DNA of 64,000 nt from Candidatus Binataceae bacterium (GCA_035531675.1 DATKSL010000008.1:1982-65981); one strand, 5' to 3'. Shown: positions 1 to 9,271, numbered from the stretch's first letter. A program made the numbers and translations. Notes: a model not told the origin generated them from the letters alone.

Positions 1-15
1 GATCCAGTTTAGCCG

Positions 16-912
16 ATGGCCGGCGTAACGCATCGATGGCAGGTCGGCGGCGTCCGTATCGGACGTCTGCCCGATCATCAGACAACGCTGTTCGGCGCTT
101 TCCTGGTGCCAGAGTTCACGGCCGAAAATATCCAGCGCGAGATCGACTGGCTGGCGCCGCATTTCGCCGCGCCCGACGGCCGCATCGGCCTCAGCTTCCA
201 CTCGCTGCTGGTGGAATCGGCCGGGCGAAAGATCGTCATCGACACCTGCATGGGCAACCATAAACCGCGCCCCACCCCGCTGTGGGACGCGCAGCTCGGC
301 TGGCATCTGCGCCAGGGCGATTATCTCGAGGGGCTGGTGGCGGCAGGCTTCGCGCGCGAAGCGGTCGACCTGGTGGTGCTGACGCATCTGCATGGCGATC
401 ACGTCGGCTGGAACACGATGCTCGAGGGCGGGCGCTGGGTGCCGACCTTTCCCAACGCGCGCTACCTGATCGTGCGCGAGGAATGGGAGTTCTGGTCGCG
501 CTCCGACGACCCCCACTTTCGCATCCCGCTGGAAGATTCGGTGCGGCCGGTGATCGCGGCCGGGATGGTCGAGTGGGTCGGCACCCGCCATCGCATCAAC
601 GATGAGCTGCGCCTCGAGCCAACCCCCGGCCATACCCACGCGCACGTAAGCGTCATTATCGAGTCGGGCGGCGCGCACGCGATCACCACCGGCGACCTGA
701 TTCATCATCCGCTGCAGTGCGCCCATCCGGACTGGAACTGCCGCTTCGATCTCGACCCGGCGCAGGCGCGGGCGACGCGTCGGGACTTTCTGCGGCGCGC
801 GGCCGAGCACGATCTGCTGGTCTTCGGCACCCATTTTCCGGCGCCGTCGGCGGGCCGCGTCGTGCGGCATCACGACACGTTTCGATTCATCCCCGACTTC
901 GGGTTAAGCTGA
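16..912 (+). CDS. MBL-fold metallo-hydrolase (lactonase-like)
   Basis: 298-aa ORF with the HxHxDH zinc motif (THLHGDHVGW) and later His/Asp ligands (GHTHAH, TGDLIHH) in the order expected for the metallo-beta-lactamase fold. Confidence 0.8.
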   Translation: MAGVTHRWQVGGVRIGRLPDHQTTLFGAFLVPEFTAENIQREIDWLAPHFAAPDGRIGLSFHSLLVESAGRKIVIDTCMGNHKPRPTPLWDAQLGWHLRQGDYLEGLVAAGFAREAVDLVVLTHLHGDHVGWNTMLEGGRWVPTFPNARYLIVREEWEFWSRSDDPHFRIPLEDSVRPVIAAGMVEWVGTRHRINDELRLEPTPGHTHAHVSVIIESGGAHAITTGDLIHHPLQCAHPDWNCRFDLDPAQARATRRDFLRRAAEHDLLVFGTHFPAPSAGRVVRHHDTFRFIPDFGLS

Positions 913-919
913 ATTCGCC

Positions 920-2032
920 ATGGCAGATGCGAAACCATTGTTCGTCGATTGTTCCAATGAAACGCCGCGGCCGATGAATTTCTGGGCGCCGCTGGTGATG
1001 ACCGGGGCGGAACTCGAGGCCGAGGCTGCGCGGCTGGCCGAGCTTGAGGTGCCGCGCGGCGGCCGGCGCCGCTCGCGAATCGTGCATCCCAGCGCGACCG
1101 CACCGGGGCTCGGCTTCGCGCCCGGAATCGAAGTGACGCTCAACGTCCTGCGGCCCGGCGACAGCACGATTCGCTACCGCCAGAATTCGAGCCAGGTCGC
1201 GATGTGTATCCGCGGCGCGGCGACCGCAACCGTCGGACGGCGCGGCCTCGCCTTCGAGCAATTCGACGTCTGGAACATCCCCTCGATGGAGGCCTATCGT
1301 TACGAGAACCGCGGCCCCGAACTCGCGGTCTTCCTGAGTTACAGCAACGCGCCGCTGCTGGAAAAGCTCGAGGTCCATTACGTCGAGGAAAACGTCGCCG
1401 AGCCCGCCGCCGCGGCGATCACCGCCGTCCCGGCGACCAAGCGCGCCAAGGACTTTGCCGACGACCTCGCGCTCGGCGGCGACGGCGCGCGCCTGCTCGG
1501 CTACGAGCATCTGATCGATATCGACGTGGTGCCCTCGCGCGCGCTGCTATGGCCGTGGCGTGCGGTCGAGCAGTATCTCAGCCGGGTCGAGAAGCTGGGC
1601 GGCGCGGCCGGCAAAGCCTATCGCGGACGCCATCTTTACCTGCTGTACAACCCCGCCACCGAGCGCCGCAACGGCACCACCCATGCGTTTTTCGCGACTA
1701 TCGCTCAGTATCCGCCCAACCGCGTCGACATTCCCCATCGGCACAGTTCGGCGGCGATCAACTATATTTTCGGCGGCAGCGGCCGCAGCGTCGTCGACGG
1801 CCATCGCTTCGAGTGGCAGGCGGGCGACATCATGCTGTCGGCGCCGGCCTGGGCGGTGCACAATCATGCCGCCGGTCCCGACGGCTGCCGGATCCTGACG
1901 GTTCAGGACCATCCGCTGCATATCGCGATGGAGTCGTTGATCTGGCAGGAAACGCTCAAGGAGCCGGTGGTGAAACTCGGCACCGAAGTCGGCGCGCAAA
2001 CCAACCTCGGCAAGCTGGTCGCGGGCGGCTGA
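920..2032 (+). CDS. bicupin protein, gentisate 1,2-dioxygenase-like
   Basis: 370-aa ORF with two cupin-like halves. The second carries HRHSSAAINYIFGGSG ... WAVHNH. Overall layout resembles the clearer gentisate dioxygenase at 10044..11102. Confidence 0.6.
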   Translation: MADAKPLFVDCSNETPRPMNFWAPLVMTGAELEAEAARLAELEVPRGGRRRSRIVHPSATAPGLGFAPGIEVTLNVLRPGDSTIRYRQNSSQVAMCIRGAATATVGRRGLAFEQFDVWNIPSMEAYRYENRGPELAVFLSYSNAPLLEKLEVHYVEENVAEPAAAAITAVPATKRAKDFADDLALGGDGARLLGYEHLIDIDVVPSRALLWPWRAVEQYLSRVEKLGGAAGKAYRGRHLYLLYNPATERRNGTTHAFFATIAQYPPNRVDIPHRHSSAAINYIFGGSGRSVVDGHRFEWQAGDIMLSAPAWAVHNHAAGPDGCRILTVQDHPLHIAMESLIWQETLKEPVVKLGTEVGAQTNLGKLVAGG

Positions 2033-2045
2033 CCCCCGCTTCAGA

Positions 2046-2588
2046 TCACCGCGGTATCGGCGTCAATTTCGAATTGGTCGCGGCGGCCGGCGCGAAGCTC
2101 GGCGCGCCACCGGCGCCGCCCTTCTGTGAGAACTCGCCGGTCACCGGCGCTACCGTCAGTATCGAGCTGACCATCCCGCTTTCGCTTCTCAGGTAGGCGG
2201 TCGACGGCGCGGGCGTATAGACCAGCACCGGCACGACTCCTTCCAGCTGGAAAATCCTGAGCGGATTGAATCCGGTCGGCTGATTGACGGTACCCAGGCT
2301 CACCGCTTCCCGGCCGATCACGACGATTTCGGGTACGAAGATCTTTCCGCGCTCGCCGCGCAGGCTGTAGCTTCCCGGCGGCAGGTCAGCCTGGAAAGCG
2401 CCATGGTTGCTGGTCGGCGCCATGTAGATGTCGCGGGTGGCGTGGTTCTGGAAATGGAGCTGACGGCCTGCGATCTGTCCGCCAGGATCGGAGAGCACTC
2501 CGCTCACCTGAGCCGCGCGAACATTGAAACCGCCGCAGAGCAGCGCGAGGATGGTGACGAGGACCGGGATCGAACTTTTTCGCATCAC
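2046..2588 (-). CDS. secreted carboxypeptidase-regulatory-like (beta-sandwich) domain protein
   Basis: N-terminal signal peptide (MMRKSSIPVLVTILALLCGGFNVRAAQ), then a G/S-rich beta-sandwich-like segment (GSYSLRGERGKIFVPEIVV). GTG at 2588 or ATG at 2585 could be the start. Confidence 0.55.
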   Translation of the reverse strand: MMRKSSIPVLVTILALLCGGFNVRAAQVSGVLSDPGGQIAGRQLHFQNHATRDIYMAPTSNHGAFQADLPPGSYSLRGERGKIFVPEIVVIGREAVSLGTVNQPTGFNPLRIFQLEGVVPVLVYTPAPSTAYLRSESGMVSSILTVAPVTGEFSQKGGAGGAPSFAPAAATNSKLTPIPR

Positions 2589-2679
2589 GCTACCGCTCCC
2601 AAGGGTTCATCGACACGCGCTTGATTTCATATCGCGGCGGCGCTCCAAAATCTATTCCGGAATACGACAGGAGGAAAGC

Positions 2680-3030
2680 ATGGCACGCATCACAATCTAC
2701 CATAACCCGGGCTGAGGACAGTCGCGCGGCGCTCATCGAATCCTGAGCGACCGCGGCGTCGAGTTCGACGCCATCGAATACTTGAAGCATCCACTCGACC
2801 GCGCCACGCTGGTGCGGATCCTTACGATGCTCGAGTCGCCGCCGGCCGAACTGGTGCGCAAGGACAAGCGCTTCGCCGAGCTCGGACTCAAGGCTGAGGA
2901 TTACGTCGATCGCGACCCGGTGATCGAGCTGCTGCTGAAACATCCGGAGCTGATGCAACGACCGATTGTGATTCGCGGCCAGCGCGCGATTATCGCGCGG
3001 CCCGGCGAGAAAGTGCTGGAGCTGCTGTAG
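2680..3030 (+). CDS. arsC: ArsC-family (glutaredoxin-type arsenate reductase-like) protein with in-frame UGA at the catalytic Cys position; candidate selenoprotein
   Basis: AGGAGG (2669-2674) precedes ATG 2680. The frame reads MARITIYHNPG-TGA(2713-2715)-GQSRGAHRILSDRGVEF... and continues uninterrupted to TAG 3028-3030. Full-length resemblance to R773 ArsC (ITIYHNPACGTSRN ... RPIV ... RP.E.VL..L). The ORF track shows only fragments 2524..2715 and 2782..3030 in this same frame. Confidence 0.75.
2725..2755 (+). promoter_or_regulatory. candidate bacterial SECIS hairpin downstream of the ArsC UGA
   Basis: CGCGGCGCUCA / loop UCGAAUCC / UGAGCG-A-CCGCG. This is 11 bp with one bulged A, starting after a 9-nt spacer from UGA 2713-2715. 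Confidence 0.45.
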
Positions 3031-3032
3031 CG

Positions 3033-3758
3033 CTAGCGCACCGTGATCGGGATGCGCAGATCGAATTCCGAGGCCACCGCCACGCCGTTGCGCATCGCCG
3101 GGAAGAAGCGCCACTGCTTGAGCGTATCGATCAGGATGGCGTTGAGCGACGGATTATCAGTCGGCTTGGTCAGCGCCACTTCGACCGTGCCGTCGGGCGC
3201 AACCTTGAAATGCGCGACCGCGACGGCGTTGAAGATTTCGTCGCGCAGATCGTCGGGAATCGCCGGCGTCGGCGCGTAGATCGCGCGGGCGCCGGCGTTG
3301 TCGCTGCCCAGTCCAGCGCCCGATCCGCTGCCGCTGCCGCCGCTGACTCCGGGACGTGCGGCGCGGCTCGGCGCAGCGGCGGCCGGCGGCGTCTCGACGT
3401 GCTTCGCGGTGCCGTTAGCCGACGGCGGCGCCAACGGCATCACCGGCTTGGGCGGCGCCCGGTGATGAACCGGATGAAACACGTGCGGATGGGGCCGCAC
3501 GATCGGTTTCGGCGTGGCCGGCACGCGGGCCGGCGCCGGCGCCGCCGGCCCGCCCTGCAGGCCGGGCCGCGGCAGCTCGACGATCCGCGCCTGCACGGGA
3601 GTCAATTCGGGCGGCGGTGGCGCGGTCCGCTCCAGGAGCCGTGAAAATCCGAACAGGATAGCGGTCCAAAGGACCACCGCCAGCGGCACGATCCAGAGCA
3701 GGCGCCGCCGCGGATCGTCGAAGTCGAACGGCGCGGCCGCAGTGGCGCCGTCTTTCAT
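3033..3758 (-). CDS. tonB: energy transducer TonB
   Basis: N-terminal membrane anchor, Pro-rich spacer (PPPPELTP, PAPAPARVPATPKP) and a TonB C-terminal domain. The start overlaps the exbD stop. Confidence 0.8.
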   Translation of the reverse strand: MKDGATAAAPFDFDDPRRRLLWIVPLAVVLWTAILFGFSRLLERTAPPPPELTPVQARIVELPRPGLQGGPAAPAPARVPATPKPIVRPHPHVFHPVHHRAPPKPVMPLAPPSANGTAKHVETPPAAAAPSRAARPGVSGGSGSGSGAGLGSDNAGARAIYAPTPAIPDDLRDEIFNAVAVAHFKVAPDGTVEVALTKPTDNPSLNAILIDTLKQWRFFPAMRNGVAVASEFDLRIPITVR

Positions 3759-4156
3759 TGGCGCCGCACCGCGATCAGAAAATGTTCCACCCCGGCGCGC
3801 CGCGCCTGGAGCATCGCCTGCACCACGATTCCCTCCGGCGCCGCGCTGTCGGCATTCACCACCACCCCGGGGTCGTGCGGGCTCAGCATCGGCCGGAGCG
3901 TCGCCGCCATCGTTTCCAGCGTGACCGGGGTCTTGTCGAGGAACAGCTTGGCGTCGCGGGTGACGGTCAGCGTGACCGGTTCGCGATGATTCAGGTTCGG
4001 TGCGTCGCCCTGCGGGAGATTGACCCGCAGCGAGTTGAGACTCTGCATCGACAGCGACGCCAGCATGAAGGTCACCAGCAGAAAGAACATCACATCGATC
4101 ATCGGGATGATCTCGATGCGGCCGCGGCGATAACTTCGCGCCCTGCGGAGTTTCAT
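3755..4156 (-). CDS. exbD: biopolymer transporter ExbD/TolR
   Basis: 133 aa starting MKLRRARSYRRGRIEIIPMIDVMFFLLVTFML (typical ExbD N-terminus), ATG at 4154-4156. The longer track ORF (to 4570) is an Arg/Gly-rich extension overlapping exbB. Confidence 0.85.
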   Translation of the reverse strand: MKLRRARSYRRGRIEIIPMIDVMFFLLVTFMLASLSMQSLNSLRVNLPQGDAPNLNHREPVTLTVTRDAKLFLDKTPVTLETMAATLRPMLSPHDPGVVVNADSAAPEGIVVQAMLQARRAGVEHFLIAVRRQ

Positions 4157-4158
4157 CG

Positions 4159-4845
4159 TCAGGCTCGCCCGCCGCGCGTCGATAGCGGCTCCAGCGGCGC
4201 TACCTTGCCAGGCTCGCCGCCTTCCTGATCGAGCCGGATATGGTCGACCAGGCGCGAGCCGAGGCGTTCCATGCTGTCGAGCGCCTGCGACTGTACGCGG
4301 GCGAAGAAGTTGAAGCCGAACAGCGCGAAGATCGCAATCAGCAGGCCGAGCGCGGTCGAGATCAAAGCCTCGGCCACACCCGCAGTAACCTGGGTTGGCG
4401 CCACCAGGCCCGAGCCGCCGATCACCTTGAAGGCCCCCATCATGCCGGTGATGGTCCCCAGCAGACCCATCAGCGGCGCCGCCGTCACGATCGTCTCCAG
4501 CATCCACAGACCGCGGCTCAGCGTCCGTTCGATGCTGCCGGCCTCGTCGCCGGCGCGCGCTTCCACCCACCAGGCCGGTTGATGGTGATTCTTCGTAATC
4601 ACCCCCAGAAAGCGGTTATAAGCGTTGTGCGCGCTCAGCCCCTCGAGCTGACGCTCGAGCTGGTCCCAGGCAAAGCCGTAGGTCGCGACCAGCGCCGGCA
4701 CCGCGGCCGGCAGCCGCAGGCATCGGCGGTAGGCCACCGCGCGGTCCAGGATGATGATAAACGCCAGCACCCCGACCGCCAGCAGCGGATAGACCATCGG
4801 CCCGCCGTAACTCAGGGCCTCCCAGGCGCCGGCTATACCGGGCAT
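4159..4845 (-). CDS. exbB: MotA/TolQ/ExbB proton channel protein
   Basis: 228 aa with three TM segments and the conserved LGLLGTITGMMGAF ... AEALISTALGL motif region. Confidence 0.85.
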   Translation of the reverse strand: MPGIAGAWEALSYGGPMVYPLLAVGVLAFIIILDRAVAYRRCLRLPAAVPALVATYGFAWDQLERQLEGLSAHNAYNRFLGVITKNHHQPAWWVEARAGDEAGSIERTLSRGLWMLETIVTAAPLMGLLGTITGMMGAFKVIGGSGLVAPTQVTAGVAEALISTALGLLIAIFALFGFNFFARVQSQALDSMERLGSRLVDHIRLDQEGGEPGKVAPLEPLSTRGGRA

Positions 4846-4959
4846 AGGATGCCCTCCCCGGCTCGGCGATACCGCTTGAATCGATTAGTCATTGATGGAT
4901 TCCTCACACTACTCAGTTTGACTACTAACGTATCATCGACAGAATAAGCTATTTTTCTT

Positions 4960-7371
4960 CTAATGCGTGGCCGCGGATGCGGACCAGGGGAAGTACCACT
5001 TGACTCCAGCGTAAACGGCTCTGCGCGGGCCGTACTGCGGGGCGAATACCCCAATCCCCGAGCCGCTGCGCAGCTGGTAAATCCAGTCGCCCAGATTCAC
5101 TGCCACCAGTCGCGTATCGAACCGTCCGACCCGCGGGATCGTCAGGCTTTTGACGATACCGGCATTGAACTGGACATAGAAGGGCTGATTACCGGTATTG
5201 GCGAAACCGCTGCGCAGGCCGCTGGCGTAATTGCCGTCGAGGGTGAGCAGAAAGCCGCCGAGGTTGTAGGCGGTTCCCCAGGAAGCGGTATAAGTCTGGT
5301 CGTGATCAAGGAATACATAGTGCGATTTGATATAGGCGAGCTCGGCGGGGTCGAACAGAAATTGATCCGAAACGATATTAGTTCCCTGCGCCACCGAGTA
5401 TGCGAAGTTAGCATAGGCCGTGAGCTTTTTGAGATTGAGCGAGGTGGTTAATTCGACTCCGTACTGGCGGCCCTTGTCATAGTTGAAAGGAGTATAGATC
5501 AGGGTCGGTCCGAACTGGCCTTCGTCGATCAGATCGCTCGACTTCTTGTAGTAGCTATCGAGATTCAGCTTGAGCCCGTGCGGAAGCTTCTGCGTCGCAC
5601 CGACGTCGAAGTAATGGGCGCGCTCGGGCGAGATGGTGGAATCGCGCGTCACCGCGGGCTCGTTGGTAGTGCCGGCAAACTTGCCGATATCCTCGCCCGA
5701 TACCGCTTCGAGCGGCGGCGGCGTGAAGTAGCGCGCGTAGGCCGCGTGCAGCGCGGTGCGCTCGAAAAGCTGGTAGGCGACCGCCACCCGCGGACTGGCC
5801 TGGTCGGAGCGGGTGAGGCCGTCGTAGAGGTCGAAGCGCACCCCGTAGTTGATGGTCAGCTTCGGCAGCGGACGCCATTCGTCCTGCAGGTAGATGCCAT
5901 AAAGCCACGCGACTTCGGCGCCGTTGTCGACTACGTTGATCGGGACGTCGCTGGTCTGGAAGCCTGGGCCGCCGGGAAAGACCCGCGCGTGATTATCGAT
6001 CTCGGCGCGCTCGCCGGTGAAATAGTAACCGGCCCGGACCGTATGATGCGCCCAGCCGCGCCATGTAAAATCGCCCTCGGAGCCGCTCACCCAATCGCCG
6101 CGAAAGACGCGCGAGGCAACTCCATTATAGATCAGGTCGCCGGCCGGGTCGGGATGAAAGGACAGCGTCGAGTAACGATTGAAAACTGATACCTGGTAGT
6201 CGATGTCATTCGGCAGCACGCCCTGCAGCGCCACGACACCGTAGTAATTCTGCTCGAATTGAGTTTCCTGAAGTCCTGCCGAAGGATAGTCGCTGATCCC
6301 GGACAACATGAAGGCGGGCGACTGGTCCGGATTTGCCGGGATTTGAAAGTGCGACACATTGAAGCCGCCGAACGCGGCCAGGCGCGTCGTGGGGCTCAGA
6401 AAATACGACAGATAGCCGAACCCGTTGCCCTGGTTGGTATCGTCGTGGATCGCCTCGGGACCGGGCGTGGGGGGCGCGAGCCCGCGATTATTCTGCAGAT
6501 AATAACCGGTCGCGTAGTAGTCCAGCTTGCCCTTGGTGCCGCCGACCTCGAAGTTCGGTTGCAGGGTGCCGCGCTGGCCGCCGTACGTCTCGAGGTCGCC
6601 GCCCTGCAGGCTCGCGCCACTCTTGGTCTGGATCTCGACCACCGCCGCGGTGTGATAGCCATACTGCGCCGGCAGCGCGCCTTCCAGCAGTGAGATGCTG
6701 CGGGCGAAGCGCGGGCTGAAGGTCTCCGAAAATCCGGAGGTGATACCCTCGGGGATTTCGATGCCGTTGAGGCGGTACTGGATGTCCGCATGTTCGCCGC
6801 GGATATGCAGCCCGCCGTTGGAGTCCTGCGCGACGCCTGGGGCCTGCAGCAGCACGCTGCTCATCGAGCTATTGGCGCCCTGCGGCAGCTCCTTGACCGC
6901 CTGCTCGCTGAAGCGGTAGACGCTACCGCCGGTTTCGGGACTGAGCCCGTTGCGCGCGCGGTTGAGCCGCTTGGCGACCACCGCCAGGCTCAACGCCTGC
7001 TCGGCGGCGAGCGCGACCGTGATCGGCTTGGCATTCGAGCCGCCGACCGTGACGATCGCTACTCCGGGCTTGAAGCCGCCGTGATGGGCGTCGAGCTCGT
7101 AGGTGCCGTGCGCCACCGCCGCGAAGCTGAAGTGGCCGTGGGAATCGGTGACGCCGCGCCTAAGCGCCCGCCCGTTGGCGCCCTTGAGCGTCACCTTCGC
7201 CCCCGCGATCGGCCGTCCCAAAGAATCCTCGACGGTACCGCTCAGGCCTCGCGATGGCCGAGGGTTGGTTGCGGCCGCCGCAGCGATCGAACCGGTCATC
7301 TGCAGCAAAATCATCGATGCCCCGACCAGCAAGGCAATAACTTTATGCGTCATCAGCTCCCACCCGCGCAT
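4960..7371 (-). CDS. TonB-dependent receptor with N-terminal carboxypeptidase-regulatory-like domain
   Basis: 803 aa with signal peptide, CarboxypepD_reg-like segment (GTVEDSLGRPIAGAKVTLKG...HGHFSF), plug and beta-barrel regions, and an aromatic C-terminal end (VKWYFPW...). Confidence 0.85.
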   Translation of the reverse strand: MRGWELMTHKVIALLVGASMILLQMTGSIAAAAATNPRPSRGLSGTVEDSLGRPIAGAKVTLKGANGRALRRGVTDSHGHFSFAAVAHGTYELDAHHGGFKPGVAIVTVGGSNAKPITVALAAEQALSLAVVAKRLNRARNGLSPETGGSVYRFSEQAVKELPQGANSSMSSVLLQAPGVAQDSNGGLHIRGEHADIQYRLNGIEIPEGITSGFSETFSPRFARSISLLEGALPAQYGYHTAAVVEIQTKSGASLQGGDLETYGGQRGTLQPNFEVGGTKGKLDYYATGYYLQNNRGLAPPTPGPEAIHDDTNQGNGFGYLSYFLSPTTRLAAFGGFNVSHFQIPANPDQSPAFMLSGISDYPSAGLQETQFEQNYYGVVALQGVLPNDIDYQVSVFNRYSTLSFHPDPAGDLIYNGVASRVFRGDWVSGSEGDFTWRGWAHHTVRAGYYFTGERAEIDNHARVFPGGPGFQTSDVPINVVDNGAEVAWLYGIYLQDEWRPLPKLTINYGVRFDLYDGLTRSDQASPRVAVAYQLFERTALHAAYARYFTPPPLEAVSGEDIGKFAGTTNEPAVTRDSTISPERAHYFDVGATQKLPHGLKLNLDSYYKKSSDLIDEGQFGPTLIYTPFNYDKGRQYGVELTTSLNLKKLTAYANFAYSVAQGTNIVSDQFLFDPAELAYIKSHYVFLDHDQTYTASWGTAYNLGGFLLTLDGNYASGLRSGFANTGNQPFYVQFNAGIVKSLTIPRVGRFDTRLVAVNLGDWIYQLRSGSGIGVFAPQYGPRRAVYAGVKWYFPWSASAATH

Positions 7372-7450
7372 CGCCGGCGATGCGATCGAAACCGCCGCCG
7401 GCCGTGCCTGCTACACACGCCGTTGGAAAAAAAGCTCGCGAAGCTGAAGC

Positions 7451-7786
7451 TTAGAGCGCGGCGGGGGGCGCCCTGCCGAACAGGCAGGTCTTTACCGATG
7501 AGCGCAGCGGGCTCGAGGCCGTGGCAATCGGCAAGGCTTCGACCAGCGGTGGCCGCGCGACAACTATCGGCGGGCTGGCGCTGGCCGGACAATTGAAATG
7601 CAGCAGGCAGAGCGCGCACAGGCCGTCGTTGGCCACGACCTGCGCGTTGGCATGAAAACCCTTGTCAAAGGCAAACGGATGGACGTGGGCGAGGGCGAGA
7701 AATTGCGCGCTCAGCAGCAACGCGGCAATCGCCAGCGCGCGCCTGCCGGCCTGGTATCGAAAACGGCTCTCTGCTCGCTGCTGCAC
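7451..7786 (-). CDS. small exported hypothetical protein (possibly DUF2946-like)
   Basis: 111-aa ORF directly upstream of, and co-oriented with, the receptor. It has a hydrophobic signal-like segment (ALAIAALLLSAQFLALA) and His/Cys clusters (HVHPF, CALCLLHFNC). The family assignment is tentative. Confidence 0.4.
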   Translation of the reverse strand: MQQRAESRFRYQAGRRALAIAALLLSAQFLALAHVHPFAFDKGFHANAQVVANDGLCALCLLHFNCPASASPPIVVARPPLVEALPIATASSPLRSSVKTCLFGRAPPAAL

Positions 7787-7912
7787 CGTCTCAGCCGGAC
7801 GCCCCGACTAGGGAGCAGCGCCACGGCATGATCACCCTGCCAAAAGATCGGTGACGGCGCAACGCACAGCTCGATTGCGCCCGGCGAGCGCCGACGAGGC
7901 CGTGCCGCCCGG

Positions 7913-8476
7913 CTACGGACCGTTGGTGCTGAAACCGCTGAAGATAAGCTTCTGCGGGACGTTGAAGTTGTAGAAATTGAGCTTGCCGGTGACCTTGCCG
8001 AAACCGACTTTGATACCGCTCAGGTCGGTCAGTCCCCAGGTCCCGCCGAGCGGCGCGGCGCGCGGCTTGAAGTTGCTGTCGAGCAGACACATCGAGCCGG
8101 TAAAATCGAGCCGCTCGGAGTCGCGATTACCGGGCATAAACGCACTGGCATAGATCGGCGAACATTGCGCGTTCGGGCTCCATCCGACCGCCGGCCCGCC
8201 CAGATCGAAGGTGATATCGATCTCGGCGCCGTCCTTGACCGTACGGCCGAGCACATTGCCGGTGGCGCGCCCGGTCAGTTCGAGACAATCGCAGATTCCG
8301 CTCGGGCACTGGCTGTTGAAATCCGAACTGCCGCAAAAGCCGGTGGTATTCAGGACGCTGCTGCTGCTGATGAAAGTGGCGGTGTAGGGCGCCGCCCAGG
8401 CTGCGGGCGCCGGCCCGAATCCGGACAGTATCGCCGCGATGGCGCTCCACAGGCATAGTCGTCGCACTTGAGGCAC
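7913..8476 (-). CDS. secreted Cys-rich hypothetical protein
   Basis: 187 aa with signal peptide ending AAWAAP and several Cys (FCGSS, QCPSGICDCLE, AQCSP, SMCLL). No family recognised. Confidence 0.5.
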   Translation of the reverse strand: MPQVRRLCLWSAIAAILSGFGPAPAAWAAPYTATFISSSSVLNTTGFCGSSDFNSQCPSGICDCLELTGRATGNVLGRTVKDGAEIDITFDLGGPAVGWSPNAQCSPIYASAFMPGNRDSERLDFTGSMCLLDSNFKPRAAPLGGTWGLTDLSGIKVGFGKVTGKLNFYNFNVPQKLIFSGFSTNGP

Positions 8477-8603
8477 CCCCCGCGTTCAACGCTAGCGGTC
8501 CGACCGCAGCCAAGCCAGTGGGCTCCTCTCCTGCCCGCATTAAAGGAGCGGCCTTGCTTGTCAGCCTAGGGGCGGCTAAGAGGGACGGCGAGAGGACCCC
8601 AAG

Positions 8604-8906
8604 ATGGAAGAGTCGACGGCGCGTTTCCCGTTGTTGGTTTTCTACTGCACGGTGCTGGAGATTATCGGCTGGACCGCGATCTTCGTCGGCGGCGTAGTCG
8701 CACTGGTAGCGCTGAGCGTAATCCTGTTGCATCTGCCGAATAATATCGATCGCGACCTGGCGTCCTTCGATCTGCTGCCCGGCGGCCTCGGCCTGTTGTT
8801 CGGCGGCGTCTTTACGGGCGCGGTGGCGGAGCTGTTGCGGGTGTTCGTCGCGATCGAGCATAACACCCGGGTGATGGCCGGCGGCGAAACCCGCCATCTG
8901 AACTGA
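8604..8906 (+). CDS. small membrane hypothetical protein
   Basis: 100 aa with two or three clear hydrophobic helices (LLVFYCTVLEIIGWTAIFVGGVVALVALSVILL; GGLGLLFGGVFTGAVAELL). The overlapping minus-strand ORFs are Arg/Ala/Pro-rich shadows. Confidence 0.45.
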   Translation: MEESTARFPLLVFYCTVLEIIGWTAIFVGGVVALVALSVILLHLPNNIDRDLASFDLLPGGLGLLFGGVFTGAVAELLRVFVAIEHNTRVMAGGETRHLN

Positions 8907-9271
8907 CGTTCATCCCGCCACAGTGGCATCTGCGATGCCTCGCCGGTGACCAGCAAGGGCGGTCGCGCCATTGCTTGAGGGGCGGCGGCCGGGCGATCTG
9001 ACCCGCGCGTCGCGCTCCGGCGCCCGGCTACCCCGAAGAGCAGAGAAGGCTCTGTGGGCCAAGCCGCCGGTCGCCCCGAAATACTCACTCACTCGGTACT
9101 CTGGATAACACAAACCCCCGGTAGGACGCGGTCCGGCTGATACTTCTGTTGTTCTCCCGGATCAACCCCGTTAGGGTCAAGATGGTAGCGTTCCATCTCA
9201 ATGAGGTGACTCACTTGCTCAGCGCAAATCAGGAGCAGTGGTTCTCCAACTAATAACGGAGGTTCCAGAAA

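Noticed and set aside
2713-2715. Alternative explanations for the two in-frame TGAs (here and at 42969-42971): a reassigned genetic code (TGA as Trp or Gly), or pseudogenes.
   Set aside because: TGA clearly terminates other well-defined genes in the window, such as the MBL hydrolase, the gentisate dioxygenase and cmk, so the code is standard. Both TGAs fall precisely on redox-active Cys codons. Both keep the frame intact with conserved sequence on each side, and both are followed by hairpins. That pattern is unlikely for random decay, though pseudogenisation cannot be excluded without the Sec machinery genes.
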